Counted from the stretch's first letter, positions 31,738 through 42,267 are shown. The stretch: DNA of 64,000 nt from Candidatus Dormiibacterota bacterium (GCA_963718525.1 OY970355.1:64001-128000); one strand, 5' to 3'. A program made the numbers and translations. Notes: generated from the sequence alone by a model not told the origin.

Positions 31738-32681
31738 CTCGCGTGCTCGGCATCGAGGAGCGCCAGGAACCGCTCCTCGAGCGTCTGGCGCACCGGCTCC
31801 ACTGCGTACACTCTCGCCCCGCTCGCCACGACCTCGGCCACCAGCTCGGGGACCAGATCGACGTCGACGCCATCGACGACGAACCACCCTTCGTGCTCGG
31901 CGAGTGCGCCACGGCGCGCGAGTGCGGCCCTCCCCGTCTCGTTCAATCCGGTGAGACGCATCCGAACCCCGCCGGTCCCGAGCAGCTCGTCGAGACGTCC
32001 GATGGCCAGGACACGACCGTCGGAGACGACGGCGGCTCGGTCGCAGATCTGCTCCACCTCCCCGAGCAGATGCGAGTTCAGAAAGACCGCGCAGCCCCGA
32101 TCGCGAAGGTGCCGGATGATCGTTCGGGTGTCGGCCCGGCCAACCGGGTCGAGCGCGGACGTCGGCTCATCGAGGATCACCAGCTCCGGGTGACCGAGCA
32201 GCGCCACACCAAGTCCGAGGCGCTGCTGCATGCCCTTCGAAAACGTCTCCACCCGGGCATCGGCGTGGCCGCTCAGGCCGACGGTCGTGAGCGCTCCCGA
32301 GATCTGTGCCGGCCAATCAGCGCGAGGAACGCCCGCGAGCCGGCAGTGGAGACCGAGGACCTCGGCAGCACTCAGCCACCCCTGGTAGCGGAAGAGCTCC
32401 GGCAGATACCCCACGCGCCTTCGCGTGTCGCGATCCCCTGCGGGACGGCCGAGCAGCCACGCCTCCCCGCCGGTGGGCCGGCTGAGGCCGAGCAGCAACT
32501 TCACGGCGGTCGTCTTGCCGCTGCCGTTCGGTCCGAGGAATCCGAATACCTCTCCTCGAGGCACGGCCATGGTGAGCCCGGCGAGCGCGACTGACGCACC
32601 GTAATGCTTGGTGAGCTCGAGGGTGCGCACCGCCTCGCCATCCACCGGTGGCGGGGGCGGGGCCGCGCCGCGCGGCATCAA
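31725..32681 (-). CDS. ABC transporter ATP-binding protein
   Basis: GPNGSGKTT, FSKGMQQR, LDEPTSALD. Confidence 0.93.
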   Translation of the reverse strand: MMPRGAAPPPPPVDGEAVRTLELTKHYGASVALAGLTMAVPRGEVFGFLGPNGSGKTTAVKLLLGLSRPTGGEAWLLGRPAGDRDTRRRVGYLPELFRYQGWLSAAEVLGLHCRLAGVPRADWPAQISGALTTVGLSGHADARVETFSKGMQQRLGLGVALLGHPELVILDEPTSALDPVGRADTRTIIRHLRDRGCAVFLNSHLLGEVEQICDRAAVVSDGRVLAIGRLDELLGTGGVRMRLTGLNETGRAALARRGALAEHEGWFVVDGVDVDLVPELVAEVVASGARVYAVEPVRQTLEERFLALLDAEHARWQR

Positions 32682-33793
32682 TGGGTCGTGCGGGCGATGC
32701 CGAGCACCTGGTTCGAGGTCATCGTTCCGGCGACCGCATACACGACGCCATTGTGTTGCCAGACGACGGCGCTGCCCAGTCCTGTCGCGTCCCCGATGAG
32801 CAGCCCGCGGGCGCCGTTGATGCTCACCGTCGAACCGGTGGCGAGGTCGACAGGGATCGGCACGGGGATGGTCTGCGTGGGATCGCCGATCGCGCGGATC
32901 TCGGAAGCCACCCCCGCGGGAATACCGGGCACGCTCAGCAGGTAGGCCTCGAGTTGCCTGGCGGTCACACCGGTGGATGTCACCATCGGCACCCTTGACG
33001 CGACCACGACCACTGCTTCACCGGTCGGCACGGTGCCACCGTGGAGGAGGGTTGCGGGATCCACCCCGTAGGAGACCACCACGGCGGGCGAGATCAGGAC
33101 GGACAGGGTGCTGCCGTCCAGCCCGGCCGGCATTGCCGGCAACTGCCCCCCGGCTCGGGCAGCCGCCGCCCTCGCGAGGTCCGCGTTGAAGGTGAACGCC
33201 ACGACACCACCCGAGATGACGGCGAACTTCGCCACCGGAGAGGTCCCGGCGGGAAGATCCGCGACGACTGGCGCGCTGATACCTGCCGCGGCACCTGCGG
33301 CCGCGGCGTCGGGCTCGGCCTGGTAGGCGATCGTCGGCCCGCCATTGACCGTTCCATAGCTCGTGAGACCCGCGAGCGAGCGGACATCGGCCGCGGTGAC
33401 GGGGACGGCAGCAAGCTGGGTCGGCGTAAACAAGCTGAGGAAGTCCTGGGCCGCCCCGGTCGCAACCAGCAGGACGCTGGCCAGACCGGCGACGGCGACC
33501 CCTGTCAGGACGCGGCTGGTGCGCGCGCTTCGGGTCCGCAGCGGTTTCGCAGATCGCTGCGTGGTCGCGCCGGCTCCGGCAGCCTCACTGCCCGACAGGC
33601 GCGAGCGGGCCGCGGCCACGTCGACGACGGGATCGTTCGACGCCAGCAGTGCCTGGACCGCCGTGGCGTCGGTGCTCATGCGTTGCAGCCGCCCAGCACA
33701 GCGAGCGCACGACGCAACATGCGCACGGCTCGCCGCGTCCGCGGCAACCGGCTCGTCGAGTGAACGGCGCAGCGTGCCGTCAGACGGGTGCAT
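32678..33793 (-). CDS. Zinc-binding membrane anti-sigma factor
   Basis: HVASCARC (HxxxCxxC) motif, TM helix, extracytoplasmic domain; follows ECF sigma. Confidence 0.8.
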   Translation of the reverse strand: MHPSDGTLRRSLDEPVAADAASRAHVASCARCAGRLQRMSTDATAVQALLASNDPVVDVAAARSRLSGSEAAGAGATTQRSAKPLRTRSARTSRVLTGVAVAGLASVLLVATGAAQDFLSLFTPTQLAAVPVTAADVRSLAGLTSYGTVNGGPTIAYQAEPDAAAAGAAAGISAPVVADLPAGTSPVAKFAVISGGVVAFTFNADLARAAAARAGGQLPAMPAGLDGSTLSVLISPAVVVSYGVDPATLLHGGTVPTGEAVVVVASRVPMVTSTGVTARQLEAYLLSVPGIPAGVASEIRAIGDPTQTIPVPIPVDLATGSTVSINGARGLLIGDATGLGSAVVWQHNGVVYAVAGTMTSNQVLGIARTTH

Positions 33794-34349
33794 CACCAAC
33801 CTCCTTGCGAAAGCGCGCCTCCGCGCGCCGCAGTCGTGTTCCCACCGCGTTCACCCCGATGCCCAGAGCCGACGCCATCTCGGCGTAGCTCAAGCCGCTG
33901 TAGCGCAGGGCGAGGATCGTCGCGTGGCGCTCCGGGATCCGGGCCAGTGCGGCGCGCACGGCCCGGGTGGTCTCCGCCGCTTCGACGGCGGCCTCTGGAT
34001 CGTATGCCGGCGGTGGGTCCGTGGCATAGCGCTCCTCGCGCACGGCTCGCCGCCGGTTGCCGCGGATCACGTTCAATGCCGCGTGTGCCGCGGCGGTCCG
34101 CACCCAGGCGACCGCCTGGGCGCCGGGGCTGTCACCGAATCTGCGGTGGAGGTCGAGGAAGACCTCCTGGGCGACGTCTTCAGCCGCATCCGGATCACCC
34201 AGCACCCGCCGGGCGATCGCCGCGACCTTCGCGTACTCCTCGTCGAACAGCCTGTCGAAGCTCGTGGGCCGCACCCCCACCTCGGTCGAACGGGAGATTC
34301 CAGTCAACAACTGACGTCCGAAGGCAGGGATGGCGGAGAACTCGACCAC
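33780..34349 (-). CDS. ECF RNA polymerase sigma factor
   Basis: DAAEDVAQEVF, LRYSGLSYAEMA...VGTRLRRA. Confidence 0.92.
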   Translation of the reverse strand: MVEFSAIPAFGRQLLTGISRSTEVGVRPTSFDRLFDEEYAKVAAIARRVLGDPDAAEDVAQEVFLDLHRRFGDSPGAQAVAWVRTAAAHAALNVIRGNRRRAVREERYATDPPPAYDPEAAVEAAETTRAVRAALARIPERHATILALRYSGLSYAEMASALGIGVNAVGTRLRRAEARFRKEVGDAPV

Positions 34350-34385
34350 ATCATGTGAAGCACCGCGGGCCCCGGGTTTGTGACA
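34350..34385 (-). promoter_or_regulatory. Possible autoregulated ECF promoter (TGTCACA -35-like)
   Basis: TGTCACA on minus strand ~30 nt upstream of the sigma ORF start. Confidence 0.35.
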
Positions 34386-34434
34386 CCAAGCGCCGTAGTC
34401 GCGCCGGATGCGGCGGTGAGTACCCTTCCGCCTG

Positions 34435-35946
34435 ATGTCCGAAGCCCTGACTCATCGTCTGCGACGCATCACGCCCGGGCAGGTGCTGGTGACCTCTGCG
34501 TTCGTGGTGATCCTCTGCGTCATCGTGCGCAGGGGCGGTGACCCGGACATCTTCTGGCACCTCGTCACCGGCCAGTGGATGGTCGATCACCACCAGATCG
34601 TCTCGCACGATCTGTTCACGTTCACCGTTGCCGGCAAGCAGTGGATCGATCCCGAGTACACGACGGAGATCATCGCCTACCTGGTCTTCAAGGTTGGCGG
34701 TCTCACCCTCGTATCGCTCGCATTCGGCGCGGTGACCTTCATCGGGTTCCTGCTCATATGGCGCCGTGTGCGGCTCGAGATGGCCAACATGGTCGTCGCC
34801 GCAGTCGTCATCGGCATCGCGGGCCTGGCCGGCGCAGCGGTCTGGGGACCGCGTCCGCAGATGATCACCTTCACCTTCACCTGCCTCGAGTTGCTGTGGC
34901 TCGACAGGTATCTCCGCGGCAAGTCGCGGGCGATCTACTGGCTGCCTCTTGTGATGATCGCGTGGGCAAACCTGCACGGCGGGTTTCTCTTCGGTCTCGT
35001 GCCGGTTGGCGTCGCCGCGTTCGCCGAAGCCGTGCACTGGGCGCGTCGGGTGGACGGTGACCTGCACAAACGCCGAACCCGAAACCTCATCCTCGTGTTC
35101 GTCGGGTGCGTCGTCGCCGCTGCGGTGAATCCGAACGGGATCCACCTCTACGGGTACGTCATCCAACCGCAATTCTCCGGCGTGCAGCAGAGCTTCATCG
35201 CCGAGTGGCAATCGCCGAACTTTCACGTTCTCCAGGAACGCGGCTTCGAGCTGATGCTCCTCCTGGTCCCGATCGCATTCATCTTCCGCCGCCCCTCCCT
35301 GTGGGAGGTGTTGCTGACCCTGACCGTCTCCTACCTTGCGCTCTCCGCCGTGCGTCACTCCGCACTGTTCGTCGCAGCGGAAACGCCTTTGCTCATCTGG
35401 TCGTTCTCGGCGGGATGGGAGCGAATGGCACTCGCCGGCCATGTGCGCACGCGGACGGCTCGGTTGGGCAGAGACCTGGCCGTCGGTGCGGTCGCAGTCC
35501 TGGTCGTCGCCGTCCTCGGCACCGCGTATTTCGTGCATGGAACGCTGTCCAATCAGGCGCGCGCCACCGCGGCGAACTTCCCGGTGGGTGCGTCCGATTG
35601 GCTGGCGGCGCACCCGGCCGTCGGGACCCACATGTTCAATCAGTACGGGTGGGGCGGATACCTCATCGACCGCTTCTACCCGCAGACCAACCGGCGCGTG
35701 TTCTCCTTCGGCGAAGCGACGCTGCTCGGCACCACCGTGATGCAGCAGGTGGCCGACGTGGAAACCGGCAACTCGGATTGGCAGCAGATCTTCGCTGAGT
35801 GGAACATCGATTACGTCATCGATGTCCCGGGGGCTCCGGCGGTGCTGGCCCTGGAGGTCGATCCGCAGTGGACCAAGGTCTACGACGACGGGTTCGCCGT
35901 GATCATGGTGAAGAACTCAGAACTGGCTGCGGCCCCACACGGATAG
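34435..35946 (+). CDS. Polytopic membrane protein, GT-C-like glycosyltransferase
   Basis: DPDIFWHLVTGQW, RPQ, WANLHGGF, FNQYGWGGYL. Confidence 0.75.
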   Translation: MSEALTHRLRRITPGQVLVTSAFVVILCVIVRRGGDPDIFWHLVTGQWMVDHHQIVSHDLFTFTVAGKQWIDPEYTTEIIAYLVFKVGGLTLVSLAFGAVTFIGFLLIWRRVRLEMANMVVAAVVIGIAGLAGAAVWGPRPQMITFTFTCLELLWLDRYLRGKSRAIYWLPLVMIAWANLHGGFLFGLVPVGVAAFAEAVHWARRVDGDLHKRRTRNLILVFVGCVVAAAVNPNGIHLYGYVIQPQFSGVQQSFIAEWQSPNFHVLQERGFELMLLLVPIAFIFRRPSLWEVLLTLTVSYLALSAVRHSALFVAAETPLLIWSFSAGWERMALAGHVRTRTARLGRDLAVGAVAVLVVAVLGTAYFVHGTLSNQARATAANFPVGASDWLAAHPAVGTHMFNQYGWGGYLIDRFYPQTNRRVFSFGEATLLGTTVMQQVADVETGNSDWQQIFAEWNIDYVIDVPGAPAVLALEVDPQWTKVYDDGFAVIMVKNSELAAAPHG

Positions 35947-35950
35947 GGCC

Positions 35951-37351
35951 GTGACCGATCCCGTTCATCCGGCCGTTCGCGACGCTGCGCCGGCCGTGTT
36001 CTGGCTCGACGACCCACGCGCGCCCACGCCGCAACCGCCACTCGACCGCCACGTCGAGTGCGACCTCGCGATTGTCGGAGCGGGGTTCACGGGCCTGTGG
36101 TCGGCGCTGATCGCGAAACAGCGGAACCCGGCACTCGAGGTCGTCGTCCTCGAGGCACGGCACGCCGCGGCGGCTGCGTCCGGTCGCAACGGCGGATTCT
36201 GCGACGCAAGTCTCACGCACGGTTTTGCCAACGGCCTCAGCAGGTTTCCCGGCGAGATCGACACGCTGGAGCGGCTCGGCCTCGAGAACCTCGACGCCAT
36301 CGCGTCGACCGTGCGCGAGCATCACATCGACTGCGATTTCGAGCGAACCGGCATGATCGACGTGGCGACCGCGTCCTGGCAGTACGACGAGCTCGTGGCC
36401 CTTGCGGAGCAGATGCGCGCTCATGGATATCGCGTCGACGTTCTCGGTCCTGAAGCGATGCGCGCCCAGGTCGCATCGCCGTCGTATCAAGGCGGATTGT
36501 GGATCCACGATCGCACCGCCGTCGTCAATCCCGCACGGCTTGCCTGGGGCCTGCGCCGTCTCTGTCTTGACGCCGGCGTGCGACTCCACGAGGACACCCC
36601 GGTGGTACGGCTCCGCGCCGCGACGGAGCGGATGCAGCTGACCACCGATCACGGCGCCGTGTCCGCCCGGCGCGTGGCGCTCGCCACCAATGCCGATCGT
36701 CCGCTGCTTGCACGCCTGCGCCCGTTCATCCTGCCCGTGTATGACTACGTGCTCGTCACCGAGCCACTGACCCCCGCGCAAGTTGCGTCAATCGGATGGA
36801 CAGATCGCCAGGGTGTCGCGGACAGCGGGAATCAGTTCCACTACTATCGCCTGACGGCAAACTCTCGGATTCTCTGGGGCGGCTACGACGCGATCTATCA
36901 CTTCGGGAATCGTGTTGACGTCGAGCTCGAGCAGCGTGGCGCGACCTTCGACAAGCTCGGACACCACTTCTTCGCCACGTTCCCGCAACTGGACGGCGTG
37001 CGTTTCACGCATCGATGGGGCGGTGCGATCGACACGTGCAGCCGCTTCTGCGCCTTCTGGGGGATGAGCCACCAGGGGCGGGTCGCGTATGCCCTTGGAT
37101 ACACCGGGCTCGGAGTTGGGGCGTCACGCTTCGGCGCCCAGGTGATGCTCGATCTCCTCGAGGGACGGCGCACCCAGCGCACCGCGTTGCGCATGGTTCG
37201 CACCCGTCCCCTGCCCTTCCCGCCCGAGCCATTCCGCTACGGCGTGGTCCAGTTGACGCGCTGGTCGCTGGACCGCGCCGACCGCGACCAGGGACGTCGC
37301 AATCCCTGGCTCAGGGCGCTTGACGCCGCCGGTCTCGGCTTTGACTCTTAA
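35951..37351 (+). CDS. FAD-dependent oxidoreductase (DadA/PuuB-like)
   Basis: IVGAGFTGLWSA, ASGRNGGF, GYTGLGVGASRFG. Confidence 0.9.
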   Translation: MTDPVHPAVRDAAPAVFWLDDPRAPTPQPPLDRHVECDLAIVGAGFTGLWSALIAKQRNPALEVVVLEARHAAAAASGRNGGFCDASLTHGFANGLSRFPGEIDTLERLGLENLDAIASTVREHHIDCDFERTGMIDVATASWQYDELVALAEQMRAHGYRVDVLGPEAMRAQVASPSYQGGLWIHDRTAVVNPARLAWGLRRLCLDAGVRLHEDTPVVRLRAATERMQLTTDHGAVSARRVALATNADRPLLARLRPFILPVYDYVLVTEPLTPAQVASIGWTDRQGVADSGNQFHYYRLTANSRILWGGYDAIYHFGNRVDVELEQRGATFDKLGHHFFATFPQLDGVRFTHRWGGAIDTCSRFCAFWGMSHQGRVAYALGYTGLGVGASRFGAQVMLDLLEGRRTQRTALRMVRTRPLPFPPEPFRYGVVQLTRWSLDRADRDQGRRNPWLRALDAAGLGFDS

Positions 37352-37407
37352 TGCGTTCAAAAGGTTAAGAAGTCCCTAAAAACTTCATGGCGTGTACTAT
37401 CCGGGGC

Positions 37408-37482
37408 ATGAAGGAACGCCGTTCAGCCGCACTCGATCCGCTGCCCGACCGCTCCATCCGCGGCCGCCGCTTGAGCGCATGA
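37408..37482 (+). CDS. Putative 24-aa leader ORF coupled to MMPL
   Basis: TACTAT-N7-ATG; MKERRSAALDPLPDRSIRGRRLSA; ATGA overlap with MMPL start. Confidence 0.3.
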   Translation: MKERRSAALDPLPDRSIRGRRLSA

Positions 37483-39749
37483 CCAGCCGGGCCTTCGCGT
37501 CGATCGGGAACTTCTCGGTTCGATTCCGCTGGCCGATCGTGATCGGGTGGGTGTTGATCACGATCGTCTCGGTCAAGGCCTTCCCCGGCCTCTCCGACGT
37601 GGCCAAGGATTCGCAGAGCAGCTTTCTCCCCGCCAGCTCACCATCGGTGCAGGCGGAGAACCTCGCGCAGCCGTTCCAGAACTCGAAGCAGGGCATCGCG
37701 ACCCTCGTCGCCGCGCGAGAGAGCGGCGTGCTCACGGCGTCGGACCTGCAGGAGATCAGCACACTCGAAGCGCGGATCCGGGGCCTCTCCGGGGTGACAC
37801 ACGTGCAGGACTTCGGGCTCTCTCCCGACAAGCATGCGGAGCAGGCTCAGGTGGTCACCGACCTGCCGCCCTTCAGCGCGGGAACCGAGGCGATCACCCT
37901 GGTCAAAGCCATCCGCGCGACGTTTCCCAGCGACGCGTCCGGCCTTCAGGTTCACCTCACGGGAACGATCCCCGGATTCGTCGATCAGCAGAGTCAGTCG
38001 AAGAGCTCGCAGGGCTCCGTGCAGGAATTTTCGCTGCTCTTCATCATCGTCCTGCTGCTGATCGCGTTTCGGGCGTTGCTCGCGCCGCTGATCACCCTCC
38101 TGCCCGCCGCGCTCGTGCTTGCCCTTGCCAGCCCGGTCATCGCCGGAGCAACCCACTTGGGGGTGCAGGTGTCGGCGATCACGCAATTCATCCTCATCGT
38201 TCTCGTGCTCGGAGCGGGAACCGACTATGGCCTGTTCCTCGTCTTCCGAATGCGCGAGGAACTGCGCCGAGGCCTGGAGCCCAAGGACGCGGTTCGCCGT
38301 GCGGTGGCGACGGTCGGGGAGTCGATCACGTTCAGCGCGCTCATCGTGATGGCAGCGCTGATGTCGCTGATCATCGCGCAGTTCAGCTTCTATCAGGCGC
38401 TCGGTCCCGCGCTCGCGATCGGCATCGCACTGATGCTCATCGCGGGTCTCACACTCCTTCCTGCCCTGCTCGCGATCTTCGGACGCGCAGTCTTCTGGCC
38501 GTCACGTGCCCGGCTCGACGAGAACCCGCGCGCAAACATCTACGGCCGCATCGCCGCCGTCGTGGTTCGCCGTCCGATGCCGGTCGCGGTCATCGGTACG
38601 GTCATCTTCGGAGCGATCGCCTTCGGACAGCTCGGCACCACCACCGCCGGATTCGCCGACCAGTCAGCTCCGACCGGCACCAACTCGGCTGCCGGTGACA
38701 CGCTCATCGCCGAGCATTACGGCAGCGCGAACCTGAACGCGACCGAGTTCCTCTACAAGTTCGGTACGCCAATCTGGACCCACGCTGACGATCTGCAGAC
38801 GATCCAGACGGCGCTGCAGTCGGGCGGCGGTTTCGCCACGGTCGAGGGACCGCTTGCATTCTCCGGTCAGGCATTGACGCCGGCGGCACTGGTAGCCATC
38901 CACGAGCACGGCAGCACGCTCGCCACCGAGGCGCTTTCGCGTTTCGTCAGTCCGGACGGCCGCACCGTTCAGTACATCGGCGTCGAGCAGGGTGGGGCTG
39001 CCGCACCGATCAAGGCCATCCCCGCGCTCCGCACGCTCGCCGACCGTTCCGGTGCCGAAGTGCACACCGTGGCCCAGGGTGTCTTCGGCATCCAGCCCTT
39101 CGCGTATGACGTGAATCAGCTGTCCTCATCGGATCTCTGGCACATCATCCCCGTGGTCGCCGTGCTGATCGCCATCCTGCTCGCGATCGTCATGCGCAGC
39201 CTGGTCGCGCCGTTCTACCTGGTCACGAGTGTTCTGCTCTCTTATCTCGCGGCGCTCGGACTGACCGCGCTGATCTTCGTCCACTTCGGCGGTCAGAGCG
39301 GCATCAACTTCGTGCTGCCGTTCCTGATGTTCGTCTTCCTCATGGCCCTGGGGTCGGACTACAACGTGCTGGTCATGACACGAATACGTGAGGAGTCGCA
39401 TCACCTTCGGACCGGTGAGGCGGTGCGCAGAGCGATCGGTGCCACCGGCACCACGGTCACCACCGCGGGCCTCATCCTCGGTGGCACGTTCGCCGTGCTC
39501 GCTTTCGCCGGCGGCGGCGCGTCAGGCGGATCCCAGATTCAGCAGATCGGCTACGGCGTGGCCTTCGGTGTGGTGATGGACACGTTCGTGGTACGCACCA
39601 TCCTGGTTCCTGCAATCGTCGTGCTGCTGGGGCGGCGCAACTGGTGGCCGTCAGGTCTGTGGCGCCAGGGCGAACCGGCGCTCACCCCCGCCCTGACCCC
39701 ACCCGCGCCGGAACCGACACCGCCGCTGCAGACGACATCAACCCGTTAG
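37479..39749 (+). CDS. MMPL family (RND) transporter
   Basis: GAGTDYGLFLVFRMREE, ALGSDYNVLVMTRIREE, DTFVVRTILVPA. Confidence 0.93.
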   Translation: MTSRAFASIGNFSVRFRWPIVIGWVLITIVSVKAFPGLSDVAKDSQSSFLPASSPSVQAENLAQPFQNSKQGIATLVAARESGVLTASDLQEISTLEARIRGLSGVTHVQDFGLSPDKHAEQAQVVTDLPPFSAGTEAITLVKAIRATFPSDASGLQVHLTGTIPGFVDQQSQSKSSQGSVQEFSLLFIIVLLLIAFRALLAPLITLLPAALVLALASPVIAGATHLGVQVSAITQFILIVLVLGAGTDYGLFLVFRMREELRRGLEPKDAVRRAVATVGESITFSALIVMAALMSLIIAQFSFYQALGPALAIGIALMLIAGLTLLPALLAIFGRAVFWPSRARLDENPRANIYGRIAAVVVRRPMPVAVIGTVIFGAIAFGQLGTTTAGFADQSAPTGTNSAAGDTLIAEHYGSANLNATEFLYKFGTPIWTHADDLQTIQTALQSGGGFATVEGPLAFSGQALTPAALVAIHEHGSTLATEALSRFVSPDGRTVQYIGVEQGGAAAPIKAIPALRTLADRSGAEVHTVAQGVFGIQPFAYDVNQLSSSDLWHIIPVVAVLIAILLAIVMRSLVAPFYLVTSVLLSYLAALGLTALIFVHFGGQSGINFVLPFLMFVFLMALGSDYNVLVMTRIREESHHLRTGEAVRRAIGATGTTVTTAGLILGGTFAVLAFAGGGASGGSQIQQIGYGVAFGVVMDTFVVRTILVPAIVVLLGRRNWWPSGLWRQGEPALTPALTPPAPEPTPPLQTTSTR

Positions 39750-39772
39750 CGACCGAGCCAAAGGACGAAACC

Positions 39773-40552
39773 ATGAGTGCCACCACAGATTTGCAGACCG
39801 CGCTGCGCTCGTCGCATCGCCGCCTCCAGGATGCGACGCGTCCACTGTCGGACGAAGAGATCGCGGGTCCGTCGTACTGCAGGGACTGGTCGACAGCGCA
39901 GGTGCTGTCGCATATCGGCAGCGGCGCGCAGATCTTCGGACTCCTGCTCGACGCCGGGCTCGACGGCGCCGAGTCCCCCGGCCGCGAGGAATTCGCAAAG
40001 ATCTGGGACGTCTGGAACGCGATGACCCCAACCGACCAGGCGCGCAACAGCGTCAGCGCCGACGCGGCGTTCCTGGACCGCGTCGCAGCCGTACCCGCGG
40101 ATGAGCTCGACGCCATGCAGATGACCCTGTTCGGAGGCCCGGCGGACGCCACCAGGTTGCTTGGGATGCGCCTGTCCGAGCATGCGATCCACACCTGGGA
40201 CGTCATCGTCATCCGTGACCCGGATGCCGAGGTCGCCGGCGACGCCGTCTCGTGGATGGTCGACTGGCTCGACCCCGTCGCGCGTCGCTCGGGGAACACG
40301 CAGAGTGGACCGCTCGACGTCGATATCACGACCACCGACCCCGCTCGGGCGTTCCGGCTCTCGGTGTCGGACACGGTGAAGCTCCTTCCAGCCGGCTCGG
40401 ACATGCCGCGCGCGTCGGCGACGGTGCGGATGCCCGCGTCAGCCCTGGTCCGGCTCGTCTACGGCAGGCTGGACCCAAAGCACACGCCTGCCGCGGTCGA
40501 GGCCGACGGGATCGAGCTGGACACGCTGAGGAGCATCTTCCCGGGGTTCTGA
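39773..40552 (+). CDS. Maleylpyruvate isomerase family (MDMPI/DinB-like) enzyme
   Basis: PSYCRDWSTAQVLSHIG, RLSEHAIHTWD. Confidence 0.85.
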   Translation: MSATTDLQTALRSSHRRLQDATRPLSDEEIAGPSYCRDWSTAQVLSHIGSGAQIFGLLLDAGLDGAESPGREEFAKIWDVWNAMTPTDQARNSVSADAAFLDRVAAVPADELDAMQMTLFGGPADATRLLGMRLSEHAIHTWDVIVIRDPDAEVAGDAVSWMVDWLDPVARRSGNTQSGPLDVDITTTDPARAFRLSVSDTVKLLPAGSDMPRASATVRMPASALVRLVYGRLDPKHTPAAVEADGIELDTLRSIFPGF

Positions 40553-40577
40553 CCCGAGCTCCTACGGCTCGTGTCAG
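40549..40577. terminator. Hairpin between convergent genes
   Basis: CTGAC-C-CGAGC / GCTCG-T-GTCAG stem; no U-tract. Confidence 0.35.
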
Positions 40578-40580
40578 GGG

Positions 40581-41366
40581 CTACGGCCGATCATCCTCCG
40601 GGTAGCTGCGACGGCTCCGCGCAAGCATCGCGACGGCGATGATGATCAGCACGGTCATGCCGAGGGCAACGATGCCGGAGCCCCAGTTCAGGCCGCCGCG
40701 AGCGTGCGACACCCCGAGCCAATCCGCGTACGACGCGCCAAGGGGCCTGGTGAGGATGTATGCGAACCAGAACGCGAAGATCGCGTTCAGGCCGAACCAC
40801 CTGTGCGCCACCGCCGGTATCGCGATCAGCACCGTGAACACGAGGCCGGAGACGAAGAAGCCGAGGTGGAAGGTCGTCGCGGTCATGTCGCCCACGGCGG
40901 TACCCAGCGCGAAGGTCGCCATGACGGTGAGCCAGTAGAACGCCTCGCGACGTTGCGTGTTGATGGTGTGAATGGAGAGCGTGTGCTCGCTCGAGTACCA
41001 GATCAAGAAAACCGCGGTGAGCACGACCGCGAAAAAGATGCTCGAAACGAAATAGGGAATCCCGAGCTGAATGTGCAGAACGTCGGCGGCCATGGTGCCG
41101 AAGATTGCGACCATCACGACCGCGAGCCAGTAGATCCAGGGTTGATACCGGGGCGCCGCGAATTGGATCGCCAGGGCGATGACCAGCCCGACAAACCCGA
41201 GCATGACGGCGACAACAGGTGGGAGCTGGTGCACCAGTGTGTCGGAGGTCGCCTCTCCCATGCCGGTGGTCAGCACCTTTGTGATCCAGAAGCCTATGGT
41301 GACCTCGGGCACCTTGCGGAGCAGACGGCGCTGAACCGCGGGAAATCGGCGAAGATCCATCACCAT
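40581..41366 (-). CDS. COG4705 / DUF347-repeat membrane protein
   Basis: KVPEVTIGFWITKVLTTGMGE, FALGTAVGD, AYILTRPLGAS. Confidence 0.88.
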   Translation of the reverse strand: MVMDLRRFPAVQRRLLRKVPEVTIGFWITKVLTTGMGEATSDTLVHQLPPVVAVMLGFVGLVIALAIQFAAPRYQPWIYWLAVVMVAIFGTMAADVLHIQLGIPYFVSSIFFAVVLTAVFLIWYSSEHTLSIHTINTQRREAFYWLTVMATFALGTAVGDMTATTFHLGFFVSGLVFTVLIAIPAVAHRWFGLNAIFAFWFAYILTRPLGASYADWLGVSHARGGLNWGSGIVALGMTVLIIIAVAMLARSRRSYPEDDRP

Positions 41367-42267
41367 GCTGGAGCTTAATCACCTCAGCAAGCGGTTCGGA
41401 TCGCTCGAGGCTCTCCACGATCTCAGCTTCACCGTAAGCGAGGGTGAGATCTTCGGCTTCGTCGGAGCCAACGGCGCGGGCAAAACCACCGCGATGCGGG
41501 TGGTTCTCGGTGTCCTCGAAGCCGATTCCGGGAGCGTGAGCTGGGACGGCTCGCCGATCACCTTCGCGGCCCGGCGGCGCATCGGCTATATCCCAGAGGA
41601 TCGCGGGCTGTATCCGAAGATGCCCGTGATCGCGCAGCTCCAATACTTCGGACAGCTGCACGGGCTCAACCGGAGAGCCGCTCGCGAAGCGTCGACCGCG
41701 TTGCTCGAGCGGCTCGGACTCGCCGATCGAGCCAAGAGCCAGCTTCAGAGCCTCAGCCACGGCAACCAGCAACGGGTGCAGCTCGCCGCGGCCCTGGTGT
41801 TCGCGCCCGACCTGCTCGTCTTCGACGAGCCGTTTGCAGGTCTGGACCCGGTGGCCGTCGATGTGATGACCGACGTGCTGCGGTCGGAAGCTGATGCGGG
41901 GAAGCCTGTCGTCCTCTCGAGCCACCAGCTGGATATCGTCGAGCGGGTCTGTGACCGCGTCGGGATCATCAACCACGGACGGATGGTCGCCACCGGAACC
42001 GTCGCGGAGCTGACCGACCGCGGGCCGTTGCGCTTCTGGGTGGACGTTCCCGGCGCAGTCGCCCGCTGGTATGGCGACGTCCCCGGTGTGACGCTGGTCG
42101 AGCAGGACGGCTCGCGCTGGCTGCTCGAACTCGCCGACGGTGCGAGTGAACAGGCGGTGCTGCGGAAGGCCCTGACACTCGGCCCGGTGCACGAGTTCCG
42201 TCGCGATCGACCGGCGTTGACGCAGTTGTTCCGCGACGTCATGAGTGGGACGGCGATCAATGGATAG
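41365..42267 (+). CDS. ABC transporter ATP-binding protein (NatA/YhaQ-like)
   Basis: GANGAGKTT, LSHGNQQR, DEPFAGLDP. Confidence 0.92.
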   Translation: MLELNHLSKRFGSLEALHDLSFTVSEGEIFGFVGANGAGKTTAMRVVLGVLEADSGSVSWDGSPITFAARRRIGYIPEDRGLYPKMPVIAQLQYFGQLHGLNRRAAREASTALLERLGLADRAKSQLQSLSHGNQQRVQLAAALVFAPDLLVFDEPFAGLDPVAVDVMTDVLRSEADAGKPVVLSSHQLDIVERVCDRVGIINHGRMVATGTVAELTDRGPLRFWVDVPGAVARWYGDVPGVTLVEQDGSRWLLELADGASEQAVLRKALTLGPVHEFRRDRPALTQLFRDVMSGTAING

